NCBI GenBank assembly: GCA_050874425.1
Contig: JBNMKQ010000001.1
Coordinates: 9,016 to 73,015, forward strand
DNA length: 64,000 nt
DNA from: Alloprevotella sp.
GTDB taxonomy: Bacteria; Bacteroidota; Bacteroidia; Bacteroidales; Bacteroidaceae
Reading direction: 5' to 3'
Below the pieces are notes generated by a model. It made no database searches. It was not told the origin of the DNA and saw only the letters and a list, made by a program, of their open reading frames with translations. Below, piece after piece: positions 1-10,303 of this stretch; positions within the stretch are counted from its first letter, which is position 1; every line of letters starts with the position of its first letter. Made by a program: the position numbers and the translations under genes.

Positions 1-1128
1 CATTTCTTCGGTCTTACCTTCTGGATAATTAGTGATGACAAGCTTTACAGGGTCGAGTACTGCACTAACTCGCAGCGCACGAGCATTCAAGTCCTCACGA
101 GCAGCGGCTTCGAGCATTGCATAATCGTTAAGTGCATCAAACTTGGTATAACCAATCATGTCGATAAACTTACGCACGGCTTCAGGCGAATAACCTCTAC
201 GACGTAAACCGCAAACAGTCGGCATTCGGGGGTCATCCCATCCGTCTACCAAATGTTCTTGTACCAAAGCCAACAATTTACGCTTCGACATTACCGTATA
301 CGTTAGGTTCAAGCGATTAAACTCGTACTGACGTGGACGATTGTCATCTAAATCTTTACCCTCTTTCAATTCATCAATAAAGTGATCATATAAGGGACGA
401 TGAGGTACGAACTCAAGTGTACAGATAGAATGTGTTACGCCCTCAAAGTAATCGCTTTGGCCATGTGCAAAGTCGTACATTGGGTAAACCTTCCACTTGT
501 TACCAGTGCGATGATGATCTTTGTTGATGATTCTATAAATGATAGGATCGCGGAAGTGCATGTTAGGATTTGCCATATCAATTTTTGCACGAAGTACCAT
601 GGCACCCTCTGCGATTTCGCCCGAATTCATTTTCTCAAATAACTGTAAGCTTTCTTCAATGGGACGATTTCTGTAAGGACTTTCAACACCAGGTTGCGTA
701 GGTGTACCCTTCTGAGCTGCAATTTCTTCGCTTGTTTGCTCATCAACATAGGCTTTCCCTTCTTTGATTAGACGAATGGCGAAATCCCAAAGTTTTTGGA
801 AGTAGTCTGATGCATGGTAAATGTTGCCCCACTTAAATCCAAGCCATTCAATGTCTTGCTTTATGGCTTCAACGTATTCTGTATCCTCCTTTTGTGGGTT
901 AGTATCGTCAAAGCGAAGGTTACATACTCCACCAAACTTTTGTGCTACACCAAAGTCCATGCAAATAGCTTTGGCATGGCCAATGTGAAGGTAACCATTA
1001 GGTTCGGGCGGGAATCGTGTCTGAAGTCTACCGCCATTTTTACCTTCCTTCAAGTCATTGGCAACAATCTGCTCAATAAAGTTTAAACTCTTTTTTTCTG
1101 AGTTCTCGTTATTTGTCGTTTCAGTCAT
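1..1128 (-). CDS. glnS: Glutaminyl-tRNA synthetase, 5' part (runs off the window start; absent from the ORF track)
   Basis: Hand translation from ATG at 1128: [56 protein letters not shown] (class I HIGH motif). The same frame reads ...[35 protein letters not shown] at position 1. Confidence 0.95.
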   Translation of the reverse strand, partial: MTETTNNENSEKKSLNFIEQIVANDLKEGKNGGRLQTRFPPEPNGYLHIGHAKAICMDFGVAQKFGGVCNLRFDDTNPQKEDTEYVEAIKQDIEWLGFKWGNIYHASDYFQKLWDFAIRLIKEGKAYVDEQTSEEIAAQKGTPTQPGVESPYRNRPIEESLQLFEKMNSGEIAEGAMVLRAKIDMANPNMHFRDPIIYRIINKDHHRTGNKWKVYPMYDFAHGQSDYFEGVTHSICTLEFVPHRPLYDHFIDELKEGKDLDDNRPRQYEFNRLNLTYTVMSKRKLLALVQEHLVDGWDDPRMPTVCGLRRRGYSPEAVRKFIDMIGYTKFDALNDYAMLEAAAREDLNARALRVSAVLDPVKLVITNYPEGKTEEM

Positions 1129-1207
1129 TTTTTTGATAATAGGTGAAAAGGTTAGGAGTAGAGTTATGTGTTTTCAAACCATATCACTCCTAACCATTTC
1201 AGATTTA

Positions 1208-3385
1208 TTAATTAGCCATTTCAGATATAAACTTAATGCGTACAAGTCTGATTTCCTCTTCAGTATAATCAGTACCCAATTCGTCAAACGCTTCGTCTAA
1301 GTCATCGGTTTCGCTTTCTCTGAAATATTGATAGATATCGTTAATGCTATCCTCGTCCATTACTTCGTTAATGAAGTAGTCAATGTTTATACGAGTTCCC
1401 GCATACACGATCGATTCAATTTCATCTAATAACTCGTCAAATTCAATACCATTGGCTACTGCAATGTCGTCAAGAGCGACCTTTAAGTCAATGCTATGAA
1501 TAATTCTATTCTTTTTTTGCGTCTTGTCTGCAACCGTGCGAATGTGAAGGTCCTCAGGACGCTCAATATCGTTCTCTTCGCAATGTTTTTTTATGAGTTT
1601 GCAGAACTCAGTGCCATAGCGCTTAGCCTTGCCCGCACCAACTCCAGGAATGTTTTGCAATTCCTCAATGGTTTGTGGGTAGAAGGTTGCCATTGCTTCA
1701 AGCGAGTTATCTTGGAAAATAACATAAGGTGGAACTTCAAGTTCTTTTGATAAAGTCTTTCGCAAGTCCTTCAACATGCTATACAACGCAGGGTCAACTG
1801 CAATAATTGACTCGTCTTGCATTTCAGCTTCAGCTTCTTCGTCAAAATTCCTATCTTCTGTAATTTCGAACGAGGTGGGCTTCTTTATGAACTCACGTCC
1901 CTTGTCTGTCAATTTCAGTACACCATAGTTGGTAATGTTCTTTTCAAGATACCCTGAGATAAGTGCTTGACGTATAACAGCATTCAATAGCCGTTCGTCT
2001 GTTTCTTCACAACAGCCAAAGCACTCTAGCTCGTCATGGTGATAGTCACTAACATCTTCTGTGCGATTTCCCAGAAGAATGTCTTTTATATAATCATCAG
2101 CGAAGTTTTCTTTAGTAGCTAGAACAACTTCTAAAACATTCAACAATACTTTCTTAGCTTCCACTTTTTCTTTAGGGTGTAAACAATTGTCGCAATTGCC
2201 GCAATTATCGCGATCGTAATTTTCTCCGAAATAATGGAGAAGAAGTTTTCGACGACACAACGAACTTTCGGCGTATGCAGTGGTTTCTTTTAGGAGTTGT
2301 CGGCCTATGTCTTGTTCTGCCACAGGCTTTCCCTCCATAAACTTTTCTAATTTTTTTAGGTCTTGTCTTGAGTAAAAGGCAATGCACTTACCCTCACCTC
2401 CGTCACGACCAGCACGTCCGGTTTCTTGATAATATCCTTCAAGGCTCTTGGGTATGTTGTAGTGAATGACGAACCTTACGTCAGGCTTATCAATACCCAT
2501 ACCGAACGCTATGGTTGCAACAATAACATTGATGCGTTCCATCAAAAAGTCATCTTGCGTTTTTGAGCGTGTAGCCGAATCCATTCCAGCATGATATGCC
2601 TCAGCTTTTATATCATTTGCCTTTAGAACCTCTGCTAACTCTTCAACTTTTTTCCTGCTCAAGCAGTAAATTATTCCGCTACACGTTGGTCTTTGTTTAA
2701 TAAACTTGATAATGTCGCGATCAATATCTTTTGTCTTAGGACGGATTTCGTAATAAAGGTTGGGTCTATTAAAGGAGCTTTTGTAAGTAATGGCATCTAA
2801 TATACCCAAATTCTTTTTAATGTCGGTTGCCACTTTCACTGTAGCTGTAGCCGTTAAAGCTATGACAGGAGCATTACCTATATTATTAATAATAGGCCTT
2901 ATCTTACGATATTCAGGTCTAAAATCATGCCCCCATTCCGATATACAATGTGCTTCATCAACAGCGTAAAAAGAAATTTTTATCGTCTTTAAGAAGTCAA
3001 TATTGCTTTCTTTTGTCAGCGATTCAGGAGCCACATACAATAATTTTGTGATGCCTAATCGAACATCGCTTTTAACCTTTTCTATTTGACCTCTTGTAAG
3101 AGAAGAATTCATAAAGTGGGCAACACCATCATTCTGGCTAGAATGACGAATCATATCCACTTGATTTTTCATCAAGGCAATAAGCGGTGATATAACAATA
3201 GCCGTACCTTCCATAATAAGCGATGGCAACTGATAGCAAAGGGACTTTCCACCACCTGTTGGCATTAGTACGAACACATTTTTCCCTTCAAGAAGTGATT
3301 TTATTATCGCCTCTTGATTACTTTTAAATGTGTCAAAGCCAAAGTATTGCTTTAACGCTATTCTCAACTGTATTTCTTCCTTCAT
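1208..3385 (-). CDS. recQ: ATP-dependent DNA helicase RecQ
   Basis: MPTGGGKS Walker A, DEAH box, YYQETGRAGRDG, RQC zinc motif CRRKLLLHYFGE..CGNCDNC, HRDC-like C-terminal part. Confidence 0.96.
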   Translation of the reverse strand: MKEEIQLRIALKQYFGFDTFKSNQEAIIKSLLEGKNVFVLMPTGGGKSLCYQLPSLIMEGTAIVISPLIALMKNQVDMIRHSSQNDGVAHFMNSSLTRGQIEKVKSDVRLGITKLLYVAPESLTKESNIDFLKTIKISFYAVDEAHCISEWGHDFRPEYRKIRPIINNIGNAPVIALTATATVKVATDIKKNLGILDAITYKSSFNRPNLYYEIRPKTKDIDRDIIKFIKQRPTCSGIIYCLSRKKVEELAEVLKANDIKAEAYHAGMDSATRSKTQDDFLMERINVIVATIAFGMGIDKPDVRFVIHYNIPKSLEGYYQETGRAGRDGGEGKCIAFYSRQDLKKLEKFMEGKPVAEQDIGRQLLKETTAYAESSLCRRKLLLHYFGENYDRDNCGNCDNCLHPKEKVEAKKVLLNVLEVVLATKENFADDYIKDILLGNRTEDVSDYHHDELECFGCCEETDERLLNAVIRQALISGYLEKNITNYGVLKLTDKGREFIKKPTSFEITEDRNFDEEAEAEMQDESIIAVDPALYSMLKDLRKTLSKELEVPPYVIFQDNSLEAMATFYPQTIEELQNIPGVGAGKAKRYGTEFCKLIKKHCEENDIERPEDLHIRTVADKTQKKNRIIHSIDLKVALDDIAVANGIEFDELLDEIESIVYAGTRINIDYFINEVMDEDSINDIYQYFRESETDDLDEAFDELGTDYTEEEIRLVRIKFISEMAN

Positions 3386-3633
3386 AGCTTTTCTGGTTGC
3401 TTAGAGGTTAGGGGCTTACGCTGGTATCTTATTTACCTTAATTGGCTTCTAAAATATTGGTTTAATGCTTTTACCTAAGCAAAGGTATAACAATTTTCTT
3501 AAAAAGAGTATATATAGTATACATTTATTTACATGAAAATTCATCTCTCTTTGCCTATTAATATAAAAGCAAAAAGAGATGAATTAAAATTGATGGCTTA
3601 CCTATTTTATTGTAAATAAGCTATCTACATTAT

Positions 3634-4887
3634 TTACAAGTTGTTACGCTTCTCCATTTGTGCTTCAGCGTATGCCTTGCTAACTACGAATTTCCGTTTC
3701 GATGTTGACGGAATCTCAAACATCGCATCCATCATAATCGTTTCTACAATAGAACGTAAACCACGAGCGCCTAACTTAAATTCCACAGCCTTGTCAACAA
3801 TATAATCAAGCGTTTCCTGTTCAAAAACAAGCTCAACATTATCCATCTTGAAAAGCTTGATATACTGTTTTACTATAGAATTCTTAGGTTCAACTAATAT
3901 GCGTGCAAGAGCTTCCCTGTCAAGCGGATTAAGATAGGTAAGAACAGGTAGACGACCTATAATCTCTGGAATCAAGCCAAACGACTTTAAGTCTTGTGGC
4001 TCGATGTATTTCATTAAGTTTTTAGGGTCAATCTTCTTTGCATTCTGCACAGAGTTGTAACCAACTGTGTGAGCGTTCAAACGTTGTGCTATACGTTTTT
4101 CAATGCCATCAAATGCGCCACCGCATATAAATAATATATTGCGAGTGTCAACGTGGATGTAATCTTGATCGGGGTGCTTACGTCCGCCCTTGGGGGGGAC
4201 ATTCACCATTGTACCTTCAAGTAATTTGAGCAAACTTTGTTGCACACCTTCTCCACTAACATCACGTGTAATAGAAGGATTATCAGCTTTGCGGGCAATT
4301 TTGTCTATCTCGTCTATAAACACAATACCTCGTTCCGCTTTTGCTACATCGTAGTCTGCAACTTGAAGCAAGCGTGAAAGTATACTTTCAACATCCTCTC
4401 CAACATAACCTGCTTCTGTAAATACAGTTGCATCTACAATCGTAAATGGCACATCAAGTAGTCTAGCTATAGTGCGTGCAAGCAAGGTCTTACCTGTACC
4501 TGTCGAACCAACCATAATGATGTTTGATTTTTCTATTTCAACATCATCATTGTCGTCCTTCTTTTTGTTGTCAGCCTGGGCTAAACGCTTATAATGGTTA
4601 TACACAGCAACGCTCATAAAGCGCTTTGCATCATCTTGCCCAATAATATATTGATCTAAGTACTCCTTAATGTCTTTAGGCTTAGGAACATCTTTTAGGT
4701 TTATTTTTTTTGCTTGCCCCTTTTGCTTAGCATCGCTTAATACGTCATTAGGTAAGAACTCTTCAAGCATCTTATAGGCATTTTGAACGCAGTCTGAACA
4801 AATATAGCCATTCACGCCTGTTAGCAACATGGGTACCTCGTTCTCAGAACGTCCACAGAAAGAGCATTTCCTTTTTGAATTTGCCAT
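3634..4887 (-). CDS. clpX: ATP-dependent Clp protease ATP-binding subunit ClpX
   Basis: N-terminal zinc finger [42 protein letters not shown]. Start overlaps the clpP stop (TAATG). Confidence 0.97.
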   Translation of the reverse strand: MANSKRKCSFCGRSENEVPMLLTGVNGYICSDCVQNAYKMLEEFLPNDVLSDAKQKGQAKKINLKDVPKPKDIKEYLDQYIIGQDDAKRFMSVAVYNHYKRLAQADNKKKDDNDDVEIEKSNIIMVGSTGTGKTLLARTIARLLDVPFTIVDATVFTEAGYVGEDVESILSRLLQVADYDVAKAERGIVFIDEIDKIARKADNPSITRDVSGEGVQQSLLKLLEGTMVNVPPKGGRKHPDQDYIHVDTRNILFICGGAFDGIEKRIAQRLNAHTVGYNSVQNAKKIDPKNLMKYIEPQDLKSFGLIPEIIGRLPVLTYLNPLDREALARILVEPKNSIVKQYIKLFKMDNVELVFEQETLDYIVDKAVEFKLGARGLRSIVETIMMDAMFEIPSTSKRKFVVSKAYAEAQMEKRNNL

Positions 4888-5573
4888 TATTCTACGTCCT
4901 TCTTTTTGGGTTCAAATATCTTGTCTATCATACCGTACTCTTTGGCCTCTTGAGCTGTCATCCAGTAGTCACGATCCGAATCTGCCCAAACTTTATCAAA
5001 GTCCGTGTGTGAGTGGTCGGCAATGATAGAATAAAGTTCTTTTTTGAGTTTTTGAATTTCTCGTGCAGTAATTTCAATATCCGAAGCTTGTCCTTGTGCG
5101 CCACCCATTGGTTGGTGAATCATTACGCGGCTGTGGGGTAGGGCAGAGCGTTTACCTTCTTGACCAGCAACTAGCAGCACAGCAGCCATTGAAGCTGCCA
5201 TACCCGTACAAATGGTACAAACATCACTCTGAATAAACTGCATTGTATCATAAATTCCCAATCCTGCATATACTGAACCGCCAGGAGAGTTAACGTAGAT
5301 TGAAATATCCTTGCCAGGATCTGTTGAATCAAGATACAACAACTGTGCTTGCAGCGTGTTAGCTGTATAATCGTCAATTTGTGTGCCTAAAAAGATGATT
5401 CTGTCCATCATTAGCCTTGAGAATACATCCATTTGCGTTACATTTAATTGACGTTCCTCTAATATATAGGGGTTGAGATATTGGTTTTGGCTCTTGATAA
5501 CATCGTCAAGAGCCATAGAGTTTATACCAGCATTTGATGTGGCAAACTTTTTAAAATCAGATGTTACGTTCAT
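4887..5573 (-). CDS. clpP: ATP-dependent Clp protease proteolytic subunit
   Basis: [32 protein letters not shown] (catalytic Ser), RVMIHQP (catalytic His), DRDYWM. Confidence 0.97.
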   Translation of the reverse strand: MNVTSDFKKFATSNAGINSMALDDVIKSQNQYLNPYILEERQLNVTQMDVFSRLMMDRIIFLGTQIDDYTANTLQAQLLYLDSTDPGKDISIYVNSPGGSVYAGLGIYDTMQFIQSDVCTICTGMAASMAAVLLVAGQEGKRSALPHSRVMIHQPMGGAQGQASDIEITAREIQKLKKELYSIIADHSHTDFDKVWADSDRDYWMTAQEAKEYGMIDKIFEPKKKDVE

Positions 5574-5759
5574 AGCTTATATTTTTTAACTAGCTACTTT
5601 AGTAATAATAGTAACCTATGAGTAATAAAATGTGCAAACATACAAATTTTCGAAAACAATTTAATCGGACAAATAATCAATGCCACTGAAATTGATTTTT
5701 TATTTGTATGTTTGCACACTTATTGATTATGCTTATGCATTTCTTAATGCGAGCAGAGA

Positions 5760-7121
5760 TTACTTGTTCTCTTCAAACATTTTTGCAAAGTCTTCGCTTG
5801 AAATGCTCTTGTGGTTGAGTTTTACAACCTGCTTAAGAGCTTCGCCCAGTTTTTGGTCGATGCAGCGATCAACGAGTTGGTTAACTTGTTCCTGATGCTT
5901 CAACATTTCTTGGGCATAATTCTCAAGGTATTCATCAGGAATATTGTTCATACCATATTGTGCGAATTGGAAGCGAGCAGCCTGTACGGCAGCAGCCTTA
6001 ACATCCTTATCGTTTACCTTAATCTTGTTAGCCTTTACCAACTGTTCCTTGATGAGTTGCCACTTGAGTTCTTCGATGCTCTTAGCATAGTTGTCCTCAA
6101 TAAACTTGTCATCCTTATCCTTGTTGTTGGCCTTCATAATCTTCTTCAACAAGTCGTCAGCAAATTCAAGTTCACCAACCTTTTGTTCCATGTAGGCGCG
6201 TACGTCGAGCAAGAATTTGTAATCGCTGTCGTTTTGTTGAAGTTCGTTGATGCTTTCTCTAACTTTATTGCGGGCTTCCTCTTCACTCTTAACCTCATCC
6301 TTACCAAATACTTTATCAAAGAAATCTTGATCAAGCGTAGCAGGCACGAAGCGGCTAATTTCGTTTACCTGGAAGCTAAAGTCACCTGCATGGTTAGCGA
6401 CATCCTCTTTTTCTACCTTCAAGAGTGACATTAATTCTGCCTCGTTAGCCTCGTATGCTGTAGTGGGGTTGAAAGTGATTACATCATTCTTTTTAGCCGT
6501 TTCGAAAATCTTCTTTTGATCCTCGTTCTTAAAGTAAGCAGGCATCAAAGACGCGGTTTCAATTACGATACCACCTTCTTTGGGTTGGCCATTCTCGTCA
6601 AGTTCAGCTAAAGTACCACGGAGAATGTCACGTTCTTCGTACGAATCAACGCTTTCAGGGTGACCAGCTTGCTGTTGGAGCGCACCGAGTTGCTTTGTGA
6701 TTAAGTCCTCGCTTACTTCAATGTCGTAGTAATCAATTGTATCCTCTTCGCTGAGTTCAGCCTTAAACTTAGGAGCAATAGCAATGTCAAAGATGAAAGT
6801 GAAGTCGTCCTGCTTCTCAATATCTTGAGGCTCTTGCTTTTCACTGCCAAGAGGTTCACCCAACATGTTAATCTTCTTTGTCTTGATATAGTCGAAAAGG
6901 CTATCTTGAAGCAACTTGTTTACTTCTTCTGCTTTAGCCTGAACGCCATACATTTTCTTAACAAGTCCAGCAGGAACATGGCCAGGACGGAAGCCAGGCA
7001 TCTGCACCTTCTTACCTAAGTCCTTCAAAGCTTTGTTAACATTAGCCTCATAGTCAGCCTTTACCATGTTGATTGTAAGCACACCGCTTACCTTGCCAAC
7101 TTTTTCAAATTGAATATCCAT
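5760..7121 (-). CDS. tig: Trigger factor
   Basis: Ribosome-binding signature MPGFRPGHVP, 453 aa, canonical tig-clpP-clpX order. Confidence 0.93.
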   Translation of the reverse strand: MDIQFEKVGKVSGVLTINMVKADYEANVNKALKDLGKKVQMPGFRPGHVPAGLVKKMYGVQAKAEEVNKLLQDSLFDYIKTKKINMLGEPLGSEKQEPQDIEKQDDFTFIFDIAIAPKFKAELSEEDTIDYYDIEVSEDLITKQLGALQQQAGHPESVDSYEERDILRGTLAELDENGQPKEGGIVIETASLMPAYFKNEDQKKIFETAKKNDVITFNPTTAYEANEAELMSLLKVEKEDVANHAGDFSFQVNEISRFVPATLDQDFFDKVFGKDEVKSEEEARNKVRESINELQQNDSDYKFLLDVRAYMEQKVGELEFADDLLKKIMKANNKDKDDKFIEDNYAKSIEELKWQLIKEQLVKANKIKVNDKDVKAAAVQAARFQFAQYGMNNIPDEYLENYAQEMLKHQEQVNQLVDRCIDQKLGEALKQVVKLNHKSISSEDFAKMFEENK

Positions 7122-7203
7122 TTTGTTATTTTCGGTTTTGAATTTCTTTTTTTTAGCCCAATTTTAATCATAAATCTGAAATCTTTAGGGCATAAAGCGG
7201 TGG

Positions 7204-7211
7204 CAAAATTA
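7204..7211 (-). promoter_or_regulatory. Bacteroidetes -7 promoter box for tig-clpP-clpX
   Basis: The minus strand reads TAATTTTG (consensus TAnnTTTG), about 80 bp upstream of the tig ATG. Confidence 0.6.
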
Positions 7212-7312
7212 ATATTTTTCTCTGAGAAACAATAAAATTGTAGTCATATTTTTATTCGACAATTGAAAAAAACACTTCAAAATCTGTTCATAACACCACT
7301 TCAAATCTTGAC

Positions 7313-7442
7313 CTATGGGTCATTTTGCGTGGTAGAATATATCAGACCCCATTGTAAACATTGATGTTTGCGGTGACTCAAAGTTTTGAAACTCAAGATT
7401 GAACGTCAAAACTTCTCTATGGGTCATTTTGCGTGGTAGAAT
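7313..7442. repeat. Two identical 26-bp direct repeats 104 bp apart, with a nested inverted repeat
   Basis: CTATGGGTCATTTTGCGTGGTAGAAT at 7313-7338 and 7417-7442. AAGTTTTGA (7381-7389) and TCAAAACTT (7406-7414) lie between them. Confidence 0.9.
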
Positions 7443-7474
7443 GCCCTTTGATCCCTTGTAAATACTTAAATACT

Positions 7475-7520
7475 AACTAAAGTTTCCCACCCCGAAATAA
7501 TGAAGTGGGAAACTTTAGTT
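7475..7520. terminator. Palindrome with perfect 16-bp arms, 20 bp past the hemW stop (probable terminator or REP-like element)
   Basis: AACTAAAGTTTCCCAC ... GTGGGAAACTTTAGTT. A related copy lies at 60433-60478. Confidence 0.75.
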
Positions 7521-7540
7521 AACACTTTATTATCGGATAT

Positions 7541-8689
7541 TCAATCTGCACGCATCAAGTCGCTAATCACATCATTACTTGTCATAATGCCCTTTTGAGT
7601 TAAAACAAGCTTATTATCAGCTAATAAAAGCCTGCCAGCAGTGATATGAGGTTGCGCATCCTCCAACATTTGATACAACCATTCCATCGAAAAGTGCGCC
7701 TTAACAACATCAATATCAAGTCCGTCGCGCGTGCGCAATGACGTAAAGAGCAGTTCATCAAAAGCTTCAGCATCTGTCAGCACTTCTGTCTCATGTGCTA
7801 CATCGCCATTCTTAGCCTCTGCGTAAGCTCCCAAGTTAGGTAGATTATAGCGCCTGGTGCGTTTCCCGTCAAAAGAGTGTGCACCAGGGCCAATCCCTAA
7901 GTAAGGCAATCCATGCCAGTAACCAGAATTATGACGTGAAGCAAAACTATGTTGAGCAAAATTAGATATTTCGTAATGCTCAAACCCATGTTCACTACAT
8001 TGCTCCATTAGCAAATTGTACGCCTCAATGTACAAACTTTCATCAGTAGGGCAGAGTTTCCCTTTTCTTATCATTGAGTCCAAGACTGTTCCCTCCTCAA
8101 CACTTAAAGCATAAGACGACAAATGCTTTATAGGTAACTGAAAAGCACATTTCAGATCACTACCAAACTGACTAATCGTTTGCGTAGGCAGCCCATATAT
8201 TAAGTCAATACTAATATTTTCAATGCCACAATTATAGATAGTATCAACCGCTTGACAAGCCTCTCTTGCAGAATGCCTTCTGTTTATGATACGCAAAATA
8301 GAATCGTCAAAGCTTTGCACTCCCAGACTCATTCTATTAATACCAAGCGCTTTTATGCCTTTCACAAAATCTGCAGTGACATCGTCAGGGTTGGCTTCTA
8401 TTGTAATTTCAACATTGTTGCTTAGTTCAAAAGCATCGTGTACGGTTGCCAAGAGTTGGGCAAGTTGTTTTACTTCAAGTTGCGAGGGGGTCCCTCCACC
8501 AATGTAGACAGACTGTAAAGGGGCATTATCCAGTTCATGGCATCTATTTATAATCTCTTCGCAAGCAGTTTGAATATAGTGCTCCTTCAACTCCTGCGTA
8601 TGCGTGGTAGAGTAAAAGTCACAATAGATGCAACGACTTGCGCAAAATGGCGCATGAATGTAGACCATATTTGTTTTTTCAACACACAT
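7541..8689 (-). CDS. hemW: Radical SAM family heme chaperone HemW (HemN-like)
   Basis: YIHAPFCASRCIYCDF (CxxxCxxC), GGGTPS, EANP, SLGVQSF, YEISNFA, HNSGYW. The true start may be the later Met (MVYIH). Confidence 0.88.
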   Translation of the reverse strand: MCVEKTNMVYIHAPFCASRCIYCDFYSTTHTQELKEHYIQTACEEIINRCHELDNAPLQSVYIGGGTPSQLEVKQLAQLLATVHDAFELSNNVEITIEANPDDVTADFVKGIKALGINRMSLGVQSFDDSILRIINRRHSAREACQAVDTIYNCGIENISIDLIYGLPTQTISQFGSDLKCAFQLPIKHLSSYALSVEEGTVLDSMIRKGKLCPTDESLYIEAYNLLMEQCSEHGFEHYEISNFAQHSFASRHNSGYWHGLPYLGIGPGAHSFDGKRTRRYNLPNLGAYAEAKNGDVAHETEVLTDAEAFDELLFTSLRTRDGLDIDVVKAHFSMEWLYQMLEDAQPHITAGRLLLADNKLVLTQKGIMTSNDVISDLMRAD

Positions 8690-8693
8690 CGTT

Positions 8694-9299
8694 CTATTCC
8701 TCGCCCTTTAATGTTGGCAAATGGATTTTGTAGTGAACAGCTAAGATGCGTGAAAGCACTACAAATATACCACATATAATACCCGACACAATATTTCCAG
8801 CACCAAAGAGGAAACAAATATAGTAAGCAATTCCACCCACGACACAAGCTAACGCATAAATTTCTTTTCTGAAAATAAGTGGAACCTCGTTTATAAACAC
8901 GTCACGAAAAACGCCACCGCCAGCACCTGTAAGTGTGCCCATCATAATAGCGGTCCAAAACGGGAACCCCGCAGCTAAAGTCTTTTCAATACCTGTCACA
9001 GCAAATACTGCCAAACCAATCGTATCGAATAAGAACCAAGTATTTTCTTGCTTTACCAACTGCTTCCTAAATAATATAACCCATAATAGTGCAAAGGCAG
9101 TACAGATAAGGTAAATTGAGTTCGTCATCCAGAAAGGAGGTTGGCTCAGTAGCAAGTCACGCAGTGTACCACCGCCAATAGCAGTTGTAAGTCCTACCAT
9201 GTAGGCACCAAAAAGGTCAAAATGTTTAGCCGAAGCCAATCGTATGCCAGAGATAGCAAAGGCTAACGAGCCTATAAAGTCAAGTATTTGTACAAACAT
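8694..9299 (-). CDS. Trimeric intracellular cation channel (TRIC/YadS) family membrane protein
   Basis: Duplicated glycine-rich motifs TAIGGGTLRDLLL and TGAGGGVFRDVFINEVP in a hydrophobic 201-aa protein. Confidence 0.9.
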   Translation of the reverse strand: MFVQILDFIGSLAFAISGIRLASAKHFDLFGAYMVGLTTAIGGGTLRDLLLSQPPFWMTNSIYLICTAFALLWVILFRKQLVKQENTWFLFDTIGLAVFAVTGIEKTLAAGFPFWTAIMMGTLTGAGGGVFRDVFINEVPLIFRKEIYALACVVGGIAYYICFLFGAGNIVSGIICGIFVVLSRILAVHYKIHLPTLKGEE

Positions 9300-9329
9300 T
9301 CTTTTGTTAGCAAGATTAGAGAAAATATT

Positions 9330-10289
9330 TTAGTTCACAACACTTTTCGGTTCTCCCTTCAGAAAGGCCTCAATGTTGTCGCACACGATGTCAATGATAC
9401 GCTCTACAGTTATTGATGTTTTCCACCCTATATGAGGTGTTACGTATGCGTTGGGAGCGTGTAAAATAGGACAATCAGCTGCGGGTGGTTCCTGACACAA
9501 CACATCAGTACAATAAGCACCTAACGTTCCACTCCTCAAGGCTTCAGCTACGTCTTCTTCGTTAATTAACCCACCACGAGCAGTATTTATTAAAATAAGC
9601 CCTTTACGTGCGTGCTGCAGTAAATCAGCATCCACGAATCCACGGTTACTATCCGTGAGTGGACAGTTAAGGCTTACAATGTCGCAACTAGCAAATGCCT
9701 CTCTTAGCTCCAGCTTTCTTACATCGCTAGGCAACTCATTGGGAGCCTTACTGCTCACAGTAAACAGTTCTACCCCCAATGGACGCACCACTTTAGCTAT
9801 AGTGCGACCTATATTGCCAAATCCAACTATAGCCATACGTTTGTTTACTAAGTCAAAGCGAGGCCGTGACGAATAGCAAAAGTCTTCACAATCGCTCCAT
9901 CGGCCTTTTAAGTTCTCATTGGTATAAAATCCAACGTTATCCGCAGCCTCAAGCAGTAACGATAACGCCATCTGAGCAACTGCCGTACTAGAGTACCCTG
10001 CACAATTACAAACGGGAATTCCCTGTCTACGTGCCGCAGCGATGTCAATCTTATCATACCCTGTAGCCGCCTCACATATCAGCTGTAGCTTAGGTAATTG
10101 ACTTATCACTTCAGCCGTGAGCGACGTCTTGTTCACAATCAAAATCTCAGCATCTTTAGCGCGCTCTACTATTTCATCATAGCTTGTGCGGTCATATACC
10201 GTTAAGTTACCATACGCCTCAAATCGCTTTAGCATTGTAGCATCACTCGATGTCTGCAGCGTATATCCGTCTAAAAATACAATATTCAT
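9330..10289 (-). CDS. D-2-hydroxyacid dehydrogenase (glycerate dehydrogenase-like)
   Basis: GFGNIG Rossmann motif, LNCPL, INTARGGLINE, DVL..EPP, TPHIGW. Confidence 0.9.
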   Translation of the reverse strand: MNIVFLDGYTLQTSSDATMLKRFEAYGNLTVYDRTSYDEIVERAKDAEILIVNKTSLTAEVISQLPKLQLICEAATGYDKIDIAAARRQGIPVCNCAGYSSTAVAQMALSLLLEAADNVGFYTNENLKGRWSDCEDFCYSSRPRFDLVNKRMAIVGFGNIGRTIAKVVRPLGVELFTVSSKAPNELPSDVRKLELREAFASCDIVSLNCPLTDSNRGFVDADLLQHARKGLILINTARGGLINEEDVAEALRSGTLGAYCTDVLCQEPPAADCPILHAPNAYVTPHIGWKTSITVERIIDIVCDNIEAFLKGEPKSVVN

Positions 10290-10303
10290 TTGTTCTTATA
10301 TTA

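Noticed and set aside
7313-7442. Direct repeats as a mini CRISPR array
   Set aside because: Only two repeats, a 78-bp spacer containing its own dyad, and no cas genes or leader.
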